Origin: an uncultured Nitrospinota bacterium
Lineage (GTDB): Bacteria > Tectomicrobia > Entotheonellia > J063 > CAVPRW01
Reading direction: 5' to 3'
DNA: 64,000 bases
Assembly: GCA_963707985.1 (NCBI GenBank)
Contig: CAVPRW010000018.1
Location: 32,001 to 96,000 of the forward strand
Position 1 is the stretch's first letter. Each line of letters opens with the position of its first letter. The notes beneath the pieces were generated by a model. The model was not told the DNA's origin, ran no database searches, and saw only the letters and a program-made list of their open reading frames with translations. Positions 35,791-48,499 of the stretch are shown piece after piece. A program made the translations under genes and the position numbers.

Positions 35791-36603
35791 TTAAAGGCAG
35801 CGCTCGGTCTCCTTCCGGATGTATTCGCGCAACGCATGCGGCAGCACGCCGATTGCGCCAGCCAGGGCATTCTCCTCAACCCGTTCTGGACGGGATGTCG
35901 CCGGAATGGCAACGCTCACACGCCCATCGCCCAGAACCCAAGCCAGGAGCGCCTGACCCCAGGTGCGGATGCCGAAGGCTGCCAGGGGCGAGAGATCTGG
36001 TTGTCGCCTCAGACCTTTGACATAGCGTCCCTTGTCGAGAGGCTCCATGACGATGACGCCAATCCCCAGGTCCGCCGCCAATGGGAGAATACGGTCCTCG
36101 CAGGAACGTTCCCCTACATTGTAGGGAATCTGGATGGTGTGGATGCGCCCGCTACGCATGATGTCCAGCATGGACGGATAAGCGCTGGTCGAGTAATGGG
36201 TAATCCCGATGAGCCCGATGCGCCCCCGATCGCGTAGCCGCTCAAGCGTCCCCAGATGTGTGCGCCAATCGACCAGATTATGGATCTGCAGGACCTCGAT
36301 GTACTCCGTCTTGAGCAGCCTGAAGGAGTTGTCGATCTGCGCTTCACCCTGGGAACGACCGTGGCACCAAACTTTGGTGGCAAGCTGAAAACGCTCCCGA
36401 CAACCCGCGGTGGTCAGGCCGATCACCCGTTCGCTCTGGCCATACATCGGCGATGTGTCGATAAACGTCACCTGCGCGGCGATGCAGTGCTCGATGATCT
36501 GTCGCCGCACAGCGATGTCGCGTTCGGCGCTGACATCAAACGTTCTGGCAGTTCCGAGCCCAATAGCTGGCACCCGAAGGCTACTCAGCGGACGAAATTC
36601 CAT
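35791..36603 (-). CDS. Aldo/keto reductase
   Basis: IGLGT, DTSPMYG, ATKVW, LQIH, IP. Confidence 0.88.
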   Translation of the reverse strand: MEFRPLSSLRVPAIGLGTARTFDVSAERDIAVRRQIIEHCIAAQVTFIDTSPMYGQSERVIGLTTAGCRERFQLATKVWCHGRSQGEAQIDNSFRLLKTEYIEVLQIHNLVDWRTHLGTLERLRDRGRIGLIGITHYSTSAYPSMLDIMRSGRIHTIQIPYNVGERSCEDRILPLAADLGIGVIVMEPLDKGRYVKGLRRQPDLSPLAAFGIRTWGQALLAWVLGDGRVSVAIPATSRPERVEENALAGAIGVLPHALREYIRKETERCL

Positions 36604-37639
36604 CCCATGCTCTCGCTATTTTGCAACCTGCTCAGTCAACAGGACACGGACCACATGCGCGGCCAGGCGTTGCGCTGCGACCTGAAATCTCGGCATGGGC
36701 GAGGGTCGACAACGGGTGGGCATGGACAGCACCGGAGAGACGGGGACTCCACCACCGCATTGGCGACGACCTGTTCTGCTCGGCTGGTGACCTCAAGCGT
36801 CTCCTACACCATGACTGTACGTTCCTTGACATCGCTGCCATCCGCGTCAGATGTGCAGCCTAGTTTAAACATTCATCGGCGCGAGTGTACCGGGGTTCTG
36901 AGGATGTGTCAACGATCAGATAGCTCCACAGCTAACCGTGGCCCTTGCAGCACCACTCAATTTGACGTTTGAGCGCATGTGAGGAGCACCTCTGCTGCTT
37001 GGGAGGTATTCGGCGTGACTGTGGCTACCCGCAATGGCTGCCGCCGGGCCACGACCTGCCCCATGACTGCGTGTCTGCTGAAACGGTTTCACGGAGTGAC
37101 GCTGACGATTATCCGGGAAGGGCGGCGCCGTCGGTATCATTTCACTTCTCTCTCTCACCTCCAACGGCGCATTATAGCGGTTCCCACTTGAATGACTTAC
37201 AGTGAGTCCCCGAAAGTCGTGGGCTCACCTATCTGCTAAGGATTGCTGTAGCAAATTCGACTGGAAACCGTAGTAGGATAGGGAGTCTACAGGAGGCTCC
37301 CCCGTTAGAGGCTTATTGATCAGGGCGGATTCGGATTCTGGTTTCCGATGGCATCGGCCAGGTGCACGCTGTCATGACCGACCGGTACCAGCACACCGGC
37401 GGTATCTGCGCTGCCATGCAGCACGTGCTCTCGGCTGCCTGGCAGCGGCGCCACACCGAAGCCGATGGTCTGGTTGATCTTAACTGGGCAAGCGAACTGG
37501 CGACGCTGCGGGTCGTAGCCACAGCAGCTCATCTCTTCAAACAGGAGGCTGCCGAGGAATGGCACCTTTGCACCGCGCTAGCGTGCGGCCTGATAGAAGG
37601 ATGATGGGACCAGCTTGGCGTCTTGAGCGCAGGCCTGGT

Positions 37640-38252
37640 ACTTGGCATACAGCTCAGCCTCGATCGGTGCTGCTGTTAGATGGCACAGCCCATAAACGCA
37701 GACGCGCCGTGCTCATGCCACCGTTCCATGGTGCACGCCCGCAGACATATGGTCGGTTGATCCAGGATCTGACGCTCACGCACGCTGCACCGACTACCCC
37801 ATGCCGACGATCTAGCGTATCTGCCACACCTGAGTACGGTGTGCAGCGAGGCTTTACGGCTTTATCCGGTGGTGCCGGCCATCGCCCGCCAATTGCGTCA
37901 GCCCCCAGGGCTGCGTGGCTATACCTTGCCGGCCGGCGTTGCCGTCGCGGCTGCCATCCCCCGTGCCCATTGCAATCCTGAACGCTATTCCGACCTGTTA
38001 CGCTTTTGCCCGGAACGCTTCCTCGAACAGTCGTATACCCCGTTCGAGTATCTACCGCTTCGAGGCGGGGCGTGGCGTTGCTTAGGGGCGGCCTTTGCGG
38101 TTTATGAGCTGAAGATCGTGCTCGGAAGCGTTTTGGCGCGGCATCACTTCGAATTGGCCGACGATCTCCCCGCCATAGCTGTACCGCAAACCTTCACACT
38201 TGGCCCAAAGGGAGGGGTGCCGCTGGTTTACGGAGGTTGCACAGACGTGTGA
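37640..38252 (+). pseudogene. Cytochrome P450 remnant
   Basis: LLLDGTAHKRRRAVLMPPFHG; EALRLYP, PERF, degenerate heme motif LRGGAWRCLG; large internal deletion. Confidence 0.8.
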
Positions 38253-38439
38253 GACCACACCATGACCGGCTATGGACTGTGGACCCCATCGATGCCATAA
38301 CGATAGGGACAGCATACTTCAGGCCTCGCAACGCTATGCCCAGACCGTCTGTGAATTACCACATGCTGCCAAGACAGTGTTCTGCAGGCCGCATTGACTT
38401 TCGATGTCCTCTGCAAGACAAAAGCATCGCAGGTGCCGA

Positions 38440-39378
38440 CTATGCTGTTGCTAACACCTTTTGATAGATCGGCGTCCGCCATTCAGCGTGTTTGTCGGTG
38501 CTGCCGCGGACCACACGCAGATAGTGCTGCAAAATCTCCTGGGTGATGGGACCGGGTTGTCCATTGCCGACGGGAAAACGATCCACGCTGAGGATGGGGG
38601 TGACCTCGTAACCGCTGCCGCAGAAAAACGCTTCATCGGCCACATAGACCTGCGTGCGATCGATATCCTGCTCCTTCACCGTCAAGCCCATTTCTTCTTT
38701 GAAGAGTTGCATCAGCGTGACACGGGTGATGCTTTCCAGGATGTCAGCTGTCGTGGGCGGCGTAATCACCTCGCCTTTACGCACCATGAAGAACGACGCG
38801 CCTGAGCCCTCGGCTACATGACCCTGGGAGTTCAGGAAGATCGGTCCGTCGTACCCATCCACCGTCGCCTGCAAGCTCGCCAGGCGACCATTCTGATAAT
38901 TGGCGCCACATTTCAGGCGGATAGGAATGGCGTTGTCGGAGGTGCGTACCCACGAGCTAATGCAGCAGTGCATGCCCTTGCCATCATCGGTGAGGCGGCC
39001 ACGACGGCGGAAGATGAGATACACTCCCACAGGTTCGGTCGAGGTGAGACCTTCGGCGTCGACGTAGGCCACGAGGTAGCCATGGGCATCTTCCTTGAAA
39101 TTGTTGCCCTTAATGACCTCGCGCAGCGCTTCCTCCAGATCGGCGGGAGCATACGGCACCGAGAAGCGCATCATTTTCATCGACTCGAACCAGCGCATGA
39201 AATGTTCCTGAAGCCTGAAGGCATAGGCTTCTTGCTTATCATCGTTCCAATAGATGCGGATGCCCTCAAACACGTTGGTGGCGTAGAACGCCGCGGCCGT
39301 CGAGACGTGGATGGTGGCGTCCTGATACGGTACCAGTTGACCGTTCATCCAGAGATACTGTGGCAAGGCGGGTGGCAT
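38440..39378 (-). CDS. ilvE: Class IV PLP aminotransferase (branched-chain type)
   Basis: VFEGIR, K..ANY, EGSGAS, ILESITR. Confidence 0.8.
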   Translation of the reverse strand: MPPALPQYLWMNGQLVPYQDATIHVSTAAAFYATNVFEGIRIYWNDDKQEAYAFRLQEHFMRWFESMKMMRFSVPYAPADLEEALREVIKGNNFKEDAHGYLVAYVDAEGLTSTEPVGVYLIFRRRGRLTDDGKGMHCCISSWVRTSDNAIPIRLKCGANYQNGRLASLQATVDGYDGPIFLNSQGHVAEGSGASFFMVRKGEVITPPTTADILESITRVTLMQLFKEEMGLTVKEQDIDRTQVYVADEAFFCGSGYEVTPILSVDRFPVGNGQPGPITQEILQHYLRVVRGSTDKHAEWRTPIYQKVLATA

Positions 39379-39616
39379 ACATCTGTCTCCTTCATATCGT
39401 TAGTTGGGCCTGGGCCAAGGGCAGCGCGGATGGCCCCCAGCGTACCAGGTTTACACCTTGAAGTCTATCCCACTGCAGTCCTATCCTGGAGGGGCGGCAG
39501 CACGGGCGCGGCTTTACCGACTGGCGCCCCCATGGTACAATCTCCCCCTGTTGATCATCTGCAGGCGTGACGAGAACGGGGCAGATCGATATCGCACTGA
39601 TAAGGGATGAGGGTCT

Positions 39617-41735
39617 ATGATCTCAACGCTGCCGTATTGTGCCGATCCATTTCATTACCAGCGTCGCCAGACGCGTGTGGTGTCTGTGGGAGATGTGGCG
39701 ATGGGTGGGACCTACCCCATCCGCGTCCAGTCGATGACGACAACGGACACGTGTGATACTGAGGCGACCGTCAAGCAAATCATCCGGCTCGTCGAGGCCA
39801 ACTGTGAAATCGTCCGGGTCACCGCCCCGTCGATCCGCGACGCTGAGAATTTGCGGGAGATTAAAGCGGCGCTGAGCCGGCAAGGGGTCAAGGTCCCCCT
39901 TGTCGCTGACATTCATTTTACCCCCAACGCCGCCATGATCGCTGCCGACTATGTCGAGAAGGTGCGCATCAATCCCGGCAACTACGCCGATCGCAAGTTA
40001 TTCCAGATCAAAGAGTATAGCGATAACGAGTACGAGGCGGAATTGGAGCGTCTGGAAAAGGCGTTCAAACCGCTGGTGCTGAAGTGCAAGCACAACGGTG
40101 TCGCGATGCGCATCGGCACCAATCACGGATCGCTATCCGACCGCATCATGAATCGCTATGGCGACACCCCGCTGGGTATGGTCGAGTCGGCGTTGGAGTT
40201 CGTGCGGATCTGCGAGACCTATGGCTTCCGCGCCATCGTCTTATCCATGAAGGCGTCCAATCCCCAGGTGATGATTCAGGCCTATCGGTTGCTGGCCGCA
40301 CGTATGGATGAGCTGGGCATGGACTACCCGTTCCATCTGGGGGTGACGGAGGCGGGGGATGGCGAGGATGGACGCATCAAATCGGCAATTGGCACCGGGG
40401 CGTTGCTGGATGACGGTATCGGCGATACCGTGCGGGTGTCCCTCACCGAAGACCCGGTGGCCGAAGTGCCTGTCTGCTACGCCTTGATCAAACCCTATAA
40501 CGATCGACTCCAACACCGCCCAGCCCCCCCACCGGAGGGTATCGAGCTGCGATCGAGTGAGTGTCCGTCGAATGGTATCGCCATCTCTGAAGCGCGGAAC
40601 CCCTACGAATATGGCCGGCGACCAGCACGCCTGCTGGACGTCGGTGGGCTGCGGTTGGGTGGGTCCTATCCGGTGCGCGTCGAGCTGGCGCCGCGTACCC
40701 CGCTGGCAGAGACCGCGGACCTCATGTGTGAGATCGAGGCGCTCGTACGGCCGTCGCGCAAAGACCTGCCCCCGTGCGAGATCATCCAGCTGCGGGTCGA
40801 GACCGAGCCCGATATCGAGGCCTGTGTCGTCGTCGCGCAGGGACTGCGTGCCCGTGGCTTGACAGTGCCGCTGGCGGTCGATGTGTCGTCGGCACTTCCA
40901 GGGCTGACTCGCCTCTTGCCCCATGTCGCGAAGTTGAACGTGAAGCCCGCTCCGCCTGCGGATGCGTCCGTGTGGGCCAAGCGACTTAGGTGAGCTGATC
41001 GAGGCGGCGAAGACAGCCGGTGGTGTCATTCAATGGGACATAGAGGGGAGGAGCGCTCACGCTCTCCCACCGGGAGAGCGTCCGGGTGAGGGAAGAGAGC
41101 TCGAAGATCTTGCCAACACTGCCATGGCCCTTGCTCATCTCTGCCAGGCTCATGCGTTCGATAGCTATCTGATGGCCATCGATGGGGCGCCAACCATCCC
41201 GGCCTATCGCCTCCTGGCAGCGCAGCTGGCTGCTGCAGGATTAGAAACCCCGTTGACGCTGAAAACCGTTCGGTATCACCGGGAGGACACGCTGCTTCCT
41301 GCCTCGCTCACGCTGGGCTCGCTCTTGTGTGACGGTTTCGGGGATGTGATCGAGGTGGTAAGCGACTTACCGTCGACCGATGCCCTGCGGCTGAGCTACA
41401 ACATCCTGCAAGGGGCGCGACGACGCATTTCCAAGACAGAGTTCATCTCCTGCCCATCGTGTGGCCGCACGCAATTCGATCTGGAGACAACGACGCAGCG
41501 CATCAAGTCCCAGACCAGCCATCTGACCGGGGTGAAAATCGCCATCATGGGCTGCATCGTGAATGGCCCTGGAGAGATGGCCGATGCCGATTTCGGTTAC
41601 GTCGGAGCGGGACCAGGGAAGATCAACCTCTATGTCGGCAAGGAGTGCGTCGAGCGCAACATCGCGTTCGATCTCGCTGATCAAAAGCTCATCGAGCTGA
41701 TTAAAGCTCAAGGCAAGTGGATTGAGCCAGCGTGA
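39617..41735 (+). CDS. ispG: HMBPP synthase (long three-domain type), +1 frameshift near 40985
   Basis: [25 protein letters not shown]-terminal CPSCGR and [10 protein letters not shown]. Confidence 0.93.
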
Positions 41736-41736
41736 G

Positions 41737-42585
41737 CTATGCTTTCCACACCAACCACCTACCCGGCAACCCGTCAATGGGGGCACTGATGTCGATCACG
41801 CCCTCATCCTGCAGGCGGGTTGCCGCTTCTTCGACCTCTACACGCGGGACACCGACCACACGTTCAATCTGTGCCAGCGAAGCATACGATACCACTGAGA
41901 GGTACTGCTTGATGAGCCGATACACCCCTTCGTGGCGTAGAACCTCCCGCCCACGCGCCACCGGCTCGGGTAGCCAGGTATCGAGCAAATCCCAAATATA
42001 GGTAAAGGCTGGCTCGTAGCGGGCCTCGATCATTGTAATGTAGAGCTTGCGCTGCAGTTCGGCGATGGCCTGATCGAAGATCGGCCGGCTTCTGGAGGAG
42101 TCAAGGCGCGTGCGGCGCTTCAGCTCCTTAGTGGCCTGAGGATGGTCGGCGACCAGCACATCCATGATCTGTTTGGCGGCACGCGACAGTTGGCCGGCCT
42201 CGTAGTCGTCGAGATAATGCTCATCATGTGGCGGGCCACGGAGAGCATAAAAATCAGGAAAATGTCTCAGCGCTACCATGCTGGGTTTCCCGAGGATCAG
42301 CTTCCCATAATAGACATGGCGCCCGGCGGGCAGAACGTCTTTGAGATTCCAGGTGAGCATCAACTCTGGGTCATGATGCGAATGCTGGGGAAAAATCGGA
42401 TCACGTCGGCCACAGACCGCCACCCAGAGACACGGAAGCTGCTGGGTGCGGTTGGTAAACACCAAGCAGAAGCCGACGTCCTCGACAAACTGCAGCGCTG
42501 TCTGTTCATTATGCACGCGCAGGCGAGGTAATCGATGGAACCGACGGTCACGCTGATTCTCCAGCTGTTCAACACGATAGCTCAC
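41737..42585 (-). CDS. Winged-helix protein related to AlkZ/YcaQ (HTH_42-like)
   Basis: ALQFVEDVGFC, YYGKLILGKP, AIAELQRKLYI pattern. Confidence 0.55.
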   Translation of the reverse strand: MSYRVEQLENQRDRRFHRLPRLRVHNEQTALQFVEDVGFCLVFTNRTQQLPCLWVAVCGRRDPIFPQHSHHDPELMLTWNLKDVLPAGRHVYYGKLILGKPSMVALRHFPDFYALRGPPHDEHYLDDYEAGQLSRAAKQIMDVLVADHPQATKELKRRTRLDSSRSRPIFDQAIAELQRKLYITMIEARYEPAFTYIWDLLDTWLPEPVARGREVLRHEGVYRLIKQYLSVVSYASLAQIERVVGVPRVEVEEAATRLQDEGVIDISAPIDGLPGRWLVWKA

Positions 42586-43075
42586 AGTCGTGTCCTCTCC
42601 TCAAAGCTGCCATGGGGGTGTAGCCCACCAACGTTCTTGCCCATCCACCATTTTACACCATCCTTGAGACCGAGTGTCATCGTCGATCCCAGCTGTCAGC
42701 CACGCCTGCGCTGTATGCCAACAACGGTGTCTCGGCGGTTCATTGCTAGCAAGTATTGGATTTGTTGCCTCAATCTCATACAGGGCATGGCAGGGTCACG
42801 GCGCGCCACATGTGCCAAATGGCTCGTGCGAGGCGCGTCAGTTGCTGGCATCGGCTATGAATCCTGTCGTATGAGCCTCTTGACCGTTTGTGCGAATGCG
42901 CACATGATGGTGGACATAGCGCACCGTCCTCCAAGCTATGATATAATTGGTCGCATACACATCCGGCTTATCCCTGTGGCGACGATCGTCCGAGCGATGC
43001 TCACAAGGACTCCGCACCGTTCACCCCCTGCGCTCGTCCGCCTCACGCGCCACATCCTGGAAGGAGAATCCCTCC

Positions 43076-44032
43076 ATGGAGCAGGTTCAAACCGTTCTCG
43101 GTTCCATTCCCGTCGAGCGACTCGGCGTCACACTCATGCATGAACACCTGGTCATTGGGTGGCCGGGATGGGTATTCGACCCACTAGCGCGCTTCGATCG
43201 CATGCGGGTCACCAGCGTGTTGATCGAGCGCCTGCGCGAGCTGAAAGCTTTGGGGGTCTCGACCTTTGTCGATCCCTGTCCCATTGAGCTCGGCCGTAAT
43301 CCCGAGCTGGCGGCTGAGGTCGCCGAGGCGACCGAAATGAATATCATCTGCGCCACCGGCCTCTACACCAATCGGCTGGGCATCCCGGTGTATTTCCGAC
43401 AACGCTCGGTGGATGAAATTGCCGAGATTTTTACGCGTGAATTAACCCATGGGATAGGGTCCTCCGGTATTCGCGCCGGGCTTATCAAGTGCGCGACCGG
43501 CCTGCATGAGATCACCCGGCATGAGGAGAAATGCTTGCGGGCGGCGGGACGCGCCCACCGCGCCACGGGAGCGCCAATCCTAACGCATACCGAGTCGGCC
43601 ACCATGGGCAATGAGCAGCTCAATATTCTGGCGTCCGAGGGGGTGAATTTCGGGCGGGTTATTGTCGGACACTCCTGCGGCACTGCCAATTTGGAATATC
43701 ATCTTGGTCTGCTGGATCGGGGCGCTTTTATCGGCTTTGACCGTTTTGGCTTGGAGACGCTGTTTCCGGACCGATTGCGGATCGCAGCGCTGGCGGGATT
43801 GTTGTCCATCGGCTATGCCAGGCAGATCGTTCTGTCGAACGACTACGTGGGTAGTTTTCTGGGCCGCTCGATGTTCCGTACCCCTGAGAGCCAGCAGGGG
43901 CTCGCCAAGTGGAGCTATACACATCTCTTCAAGGACGTCCTGCCCAAGCTGCGCAGTATCGGCGTCAGCGAAGCGCAGATCCAGACCATGTTGGTCGAGA
44001 ACCCGCAGCGTTTTTTCGGGGGACAGGGCTAA
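43076..44032 (+). CDS. Phosphotriesterase-like lactonase
   Basis: TLMHEHL, IKCAT, THT, GHS, SND, NPQRFF. Confidence 0.9.
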   Translation: MEQVQTVLGSIPVERLGVTLMHEHLVIGWPGWVFDPLARFDRMRVTSVLIERLRELKALGVSTFVDPCPIELGRNPELAAEVAEATEMNIICATGLYTNRLGIPVYFRQRSVDEIAEIFTRELTHGIGSSGIRAGLIKCATGLHEITRHEEKCLRAAGRAHRATGAPILTHTESATMGNEQLNILASEGVNFGRVIVGHSCGTANLEYHLGLLDRGAFIGFDRFGLETLFPDRLRIAALAGLLSIGYARQIVLSNDYVGSFLGRSMFRTPESQQGLAKWSYTHLFKDVLPKLRSIGVSEAQIQTMLVENPQRFFGGQG

Positions 44033-44280
44033 CGTGGATGGACGGCTGGAGAGGTCAGACAAGAGCTCGTCTTTTTTCCCTTTACGCCGATGCAGAATGA
44101 AGTCAGCTCACCACGGGCTGGGGCGACGGCATCGACGTCGCGACTTGGAACGCCCTCAATCAGGCCTCCTACAGCCGCTCTGCGGACAACTGTTTCTCGG
44201 CGGCGTACGATGAGCCCCTGGACAAGATGCTCCCCTAGTTTCCCCATCGCCGAGCGCGAGCGGCTCACGACATCGTCGGA

Positions 44281-44493
44281 TTGTGGGATGGGGTGAGGCC
44301 CGTCAACCTCATCGAGATTGGCGCAGGTTCGGGCGCCTTTGCGGTCGGGCTCTTCCTGGCGCTCAAGTACCAGGAGAACGATGTCGCGCCTGTGTCCTAT
44401 GGGGGCGAGAAGCCCAGCGAGGCCATGAACGCACTCTACCGGCAAAACTTTCTGCTCCCTAAGGGGACTGGCGAGCGTGGAGCTGCTGGATGA
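44281..44493 (+). pseudogene. Possible SAM methyltransferase fragment
   Basis: LIEIGAGSG motif I only. Confidence 0.3.
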
Positions 44494-44844
44494 ATTTCCT
44501 GTTGCAAGCGAACTGTCAACGACCTCCGCCAAAGGTGATGTACCATAGCTGGTCGTTCTGGTTTAAACCACACCGTATTCGTGCACACAAATTCGAGCTC
44601 TGGTTTGCTTCGGACATCATGCCTCACCCCTCCTGTTTGTACTAAACCTGGGCCCATACCACTGTTTGCGAGCTGATGGCACGGAACGTGGCATGTTTGC
44701 CATTTTTAATCATTTAAAAAAAATTCCTCTTCTTCACAAATCGTCTAGAGTGACGACCCACGCAACTCGTCCGTCAGACTATGACCCGGCGCTCCACCCC
44801 CCGCACACATCTGACAGGGGGAGGTATTGGTGACTAGCCAGCGG

Positions 44845-46355
44845 TTAGTACTACAGTGGTAAGTAGAAAGCATAGTCGCTATCATGTCATGGTTCCAGTG
44901 ATAGTAAGCTGTGGGAGAGGCAGGATCCATGACCCCACCCAACGAAGCAACGACCGCACCGACGGAGCAGGAGGTCAACGCCATCCAGGGGGGGCCACCT
45001 ATCTGACCGACATCGAACCGCGGTTGGGCCCATCGTTCGCTCGCGCCGAGTCCCGCCAGCGGGCGATGATCGACCTGGACGGGTGGATGAGTCCGGCTGA
45101 GCGAAAACACAGCTGGCAGTTAGCCGACATCTGCGGTGAGCCCACCCCAGATGGTTTCCAGTATGTGCTGGGTCGGGCTGACGGGGACGCGGATGCCCGC
45201 CGCGATGAACTGTGCCCCGAGGTCATCCACCATCCGGGCGACCCTAACGGGGTGCTGGTCCTCGACGAAACCGGATTGGTGAAAAAAGGGTGCCACTCGG
45301 CGGGGGTCGCCCACCAGGATACCGGCACCGTGGGCACGGTGGAGCACTGCCAGAGGGGCGTGTTGCTGGGCGATGCTGGTCAGCTGGGCCACGCCCTGGT
45401 CGACCGAAAGATGTCTGTGCCCAAGGCGTGGGCCAATGATCGTGAGCGCTGCCGGCAGGCAGGGATCCCGGCGGACCGGCCTTTGGCCACCAAGCCGCAA
45501 CTGGCCTGCCAGATGCTGGCCCGCGCCTTCGCGGCCGGCGTCCCCGCGAAGTGGGTCACCGGTGACCGCGTGTAGGGGGCTGACCGGCACCTGTGGGTGT
45601 GGCCGGAGGCCCAGCCGCAGGCCTAGGTGCTGGCGGTGTCGGGCCAAGAATAGGCGTGGCTGGGCTGGCGGCAGCAGTCGGTGAAGACCCTCGTGGCGGC
45701 GCTGCCCCCAGAGGGCTGGACCCGCCTCAGTGCGAGAGATGGCGCCAAAGGCCCTCGCGGGTATGATTGGCGCTGGCTGCCGCTGGCCGAGCCGCAAGAG
45801 CTGGGCTGGCGCCGGTGGCTGCGGGTCCGGCGACGTCTCAGCGTCCCCACGGAGCTGACAGCCTCTATGGTCTTTGCTCCGCAAGACACGACCTTGGCCG
45901 CAGTGGTGCAGGTCGCGGGGACACGGTGGACCATCGAGAGCAACGTTGAAGCGGCCAAGGGAGAGGTGGGCCTGGACGACTACGAGGTGCGGAGTTGGAC
46001 GGGCTGGTCTCGGCCTATCACCCTCGCACTGTGGGCTTATGCCCACTTGGTCCTCTTGCCGGCGGGCCCCATGGCCGTGGAGGCGTTCAAAAAACCCCGC
46101 CGCCGGGTCAGGAGCGGAGCCGCTTGGCAGCCGTCAAGGCCCAGAGGGGCTTTGCCCCCCACTGAGCGTGCCGGCGATTCGGCGGCTGCTATGGTACGTG
46201 GTCCTCGCCGCCCAGCAGACCGTCCCCCAACTCCTGGCCTGGTCCCGCTGGTGCCGGTGGCATTAACGGCTCGCCAAATAGTCTCACGACAAACAGCGTG
46301 GCGCCTTGCCTGCGCTATTGGTGGCTTAAGCATTTACTTACCACGGTAGTACTAA
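44845..46355 (+). mobile_element. IS701-family element, transposase inactivated
   Basis: 21-bp IR ttagtactac(a/c)gtggtaagta; VLDETG, RWTIES...AKGEVGLDDYEVRSW; in-frame TAGs at 45573, 45624, 45651. Confidence 0.9.
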
Positions 46356-48454
46356 GCTGCACATTGCAGCGTTGCGCTTTGCCACCAACCGATCGTGCCC
46401 AGGCGGGGGAAGCGCTGGCGGTGATCGGCGACCCGCGTTTTCGGGCTGATGCCTGGTATTTGCCCGCTGAGCCGTTACTGGGGTTTGTCGAGATTCCGGG
46501 GGGGCCGTTTCTGATGGGGAGTAATCAGACACACGACGCGGATGCGTATATCAATGAACGGCCCCAGCATGCAGTATACCTACCCGCCTATTTGATTGGC
46601 CGCTATCCGGTGGGTAGCTCCACACTAAACCGTGGTCATGAGCACCAGCGTGCTATCAGGCGTTTCCGTGCCCGCGAGGGGCGCCCCCGCGGCGTGGAAG
46701 GCGTCCAGCGGGGTGGTGGTACGTGAAACGACAGCAGCTCCTGGACGGTCCAGCCATGATCCGTGATCCCGGCAGCCATGCTAGGCGTCCTCTGGAGACA
46801 CGTCATACCAGCCGCCGATGCCGTGCGGCGCAGACTGGCAGGGTACGTACAGCAGTGGTCGACACGGCCGATCAGATCCATCCCGTGCGGCCGCGTCAGC
46901 GGACGACGCGCCAGCGCGCTCCCGCGGCGTGTCAGCGACGCCAAGCGCTCCCGGAACGTCGCCTGGAGCCGCTCGATGTCTGCGGTGTGGCTCACCCCGT
47001 GCCCGTGCGAGCGACGCCTGAGCGTCTCGACACGCGTGGGCGTGCCATCCACGATAGGGCGCTCGATGTCGACCACGCGCCGCTGCACGTCGCGCTTGAC
47101 GACCGGCGCGATGTCGAGATGGCGCCAGGGGCGCAGCCGAGGGCGCCCGGGCGCGCCTGTGCGTACCGGATCGCGACAGGTCTCACGCCTCGCCCGGACG
47201 TCGGCGGACACGCCATCGGTGCACCGCAAGAGCGGAGCGGGCGCAGCACCGCGGCGCACGCGCTCGAGGAGCCGGCGAATCAGCGGCCTATCACGAGGCG
47301 CACTGCCCTCGCCGGCCAGCCACAGCCGTGTCTTGACCAGCATCGCCAGCGCCATCCACACGATGCCGCCCGGCGTCTTGACGCGGATCGCATCGGCTGG
47401 CACCTGGCCCAGGTCTCGTGGGCGCTCCACCCGATGTTCCTGGACCGCCTGGCCCTGTCGGCCAGCGCGCGCCCCCCACGCCGCCACGGTCCGCTCATCG
47501 AACCCACAGGCGACGACGATCGCTGGCAGCGCACAGCCGTGCGCCAGAAGCGTGACCACGAGGCTGACCGGCTCTGCCGAGGTCCGCAGGCGGTACAACG
47601 CGGTGCCTGTCGTGGCGGTACACGTCTGGTGGCACGCCGTGCAGAGCCTCCGTGTGTCCTTGCGCGCGTGGAGACGAATATGGCCCTCGCCTGCTTGGCC
47701 GCGGGCGGGACATGCCACATTCGGGCAGCATACCGTCGTGGGGTCCATGACGATCCTCCTGGCTGTGCGTGGACACATGGCCAAGAGAAATATGTCAGGA
47801 CCCCCATTTCTTTTACAACCTCACTGCACCACGGTTTAGTGGGGAGCTACCACGCCAATCGCCAATGCCCAGTATCTCTGGGCTACGGGGGCAAAAGCGC
47901 CTGCTGACTGGGTGGATGGGAAGCCGCCGAAAGATAAGCTACACCATCCTGTGGTACACGTCAGTTGGCACGAGGCGTATGCATACTGTCAATGGCTGAG
48001 CGAGGTGACAGGGAAAGCAATTGCTTTGCCTAGCGAGGCGGAATGGGAAAAAGCCGGCCGAGGCGATCAGGATCAGCGAGCCTATCCCTGGGGCGATGCC
48101 TTCGATATGCTCAAGTGCAATAGCTATGAGCTGGGGTTAGATGATACCACGCCAGTGGGCGTGTTTTTGGCTGGAGCCTCGCCATACGACTGTCTGGACA
48201 TGGCGGGGAATATCTGGGAGTGGACGCGCAGTCTGTGGGGAGAGGATATCGAAAAACCTCGCTTCACAGATCCATACACTGCAGATGATGGGCGTGAAGA
48301 TGTGAAGGCCCCTGACAACGTTTACCGGGTGTTGCGGGGCGGGGCGTTCAACTTTCCCCACGGGTTCGTGCGGTGTGCCTATCGCGTCAGGGACTACCCG
48401 GACCTCCGGAACCTCTACCTCGGATTTCGGGTGGTGGTGCGCCCATGTCGTTGA
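46356..48454 (+). pseudogene. FGE/SUMF1 (C-type lectin-fold) domain gene, 5'-truncated and split by an IS
   Basis: IPGGPFLMGS...ERPQH...GRYPV | NAQY...HPVVHVSW, LPSEAEWEKA, DMAGNIWEW, RGGAF...GFRV. Confidence 0.88.
46613..47851 (-). mobile_element. IS1-like element, degenerate transposase (about 47749-46636)
   Basis: 24-bp TIR ggtagctcc(a/c)cactaaaccgtggt; CPN..C zinc ribbon, TDG, IERL, RTPSMAAG. Confidence 0.85.
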
Positions 48455-48499
48455 CCTCTGACCCTCTGGACTCTGTCCCTCTGGTCTCTGGGGGGGAGT

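Noticed and set aside
36929..36975. attC-like segment (gctaac...gtttgagc)
   Set aside because: Too short, with non-complementary core sites and no paired inner stems.
37362..37604. 80-aa ORF before the P450 remnant
   Set aside because: No recognisable motif; cannot support a call.
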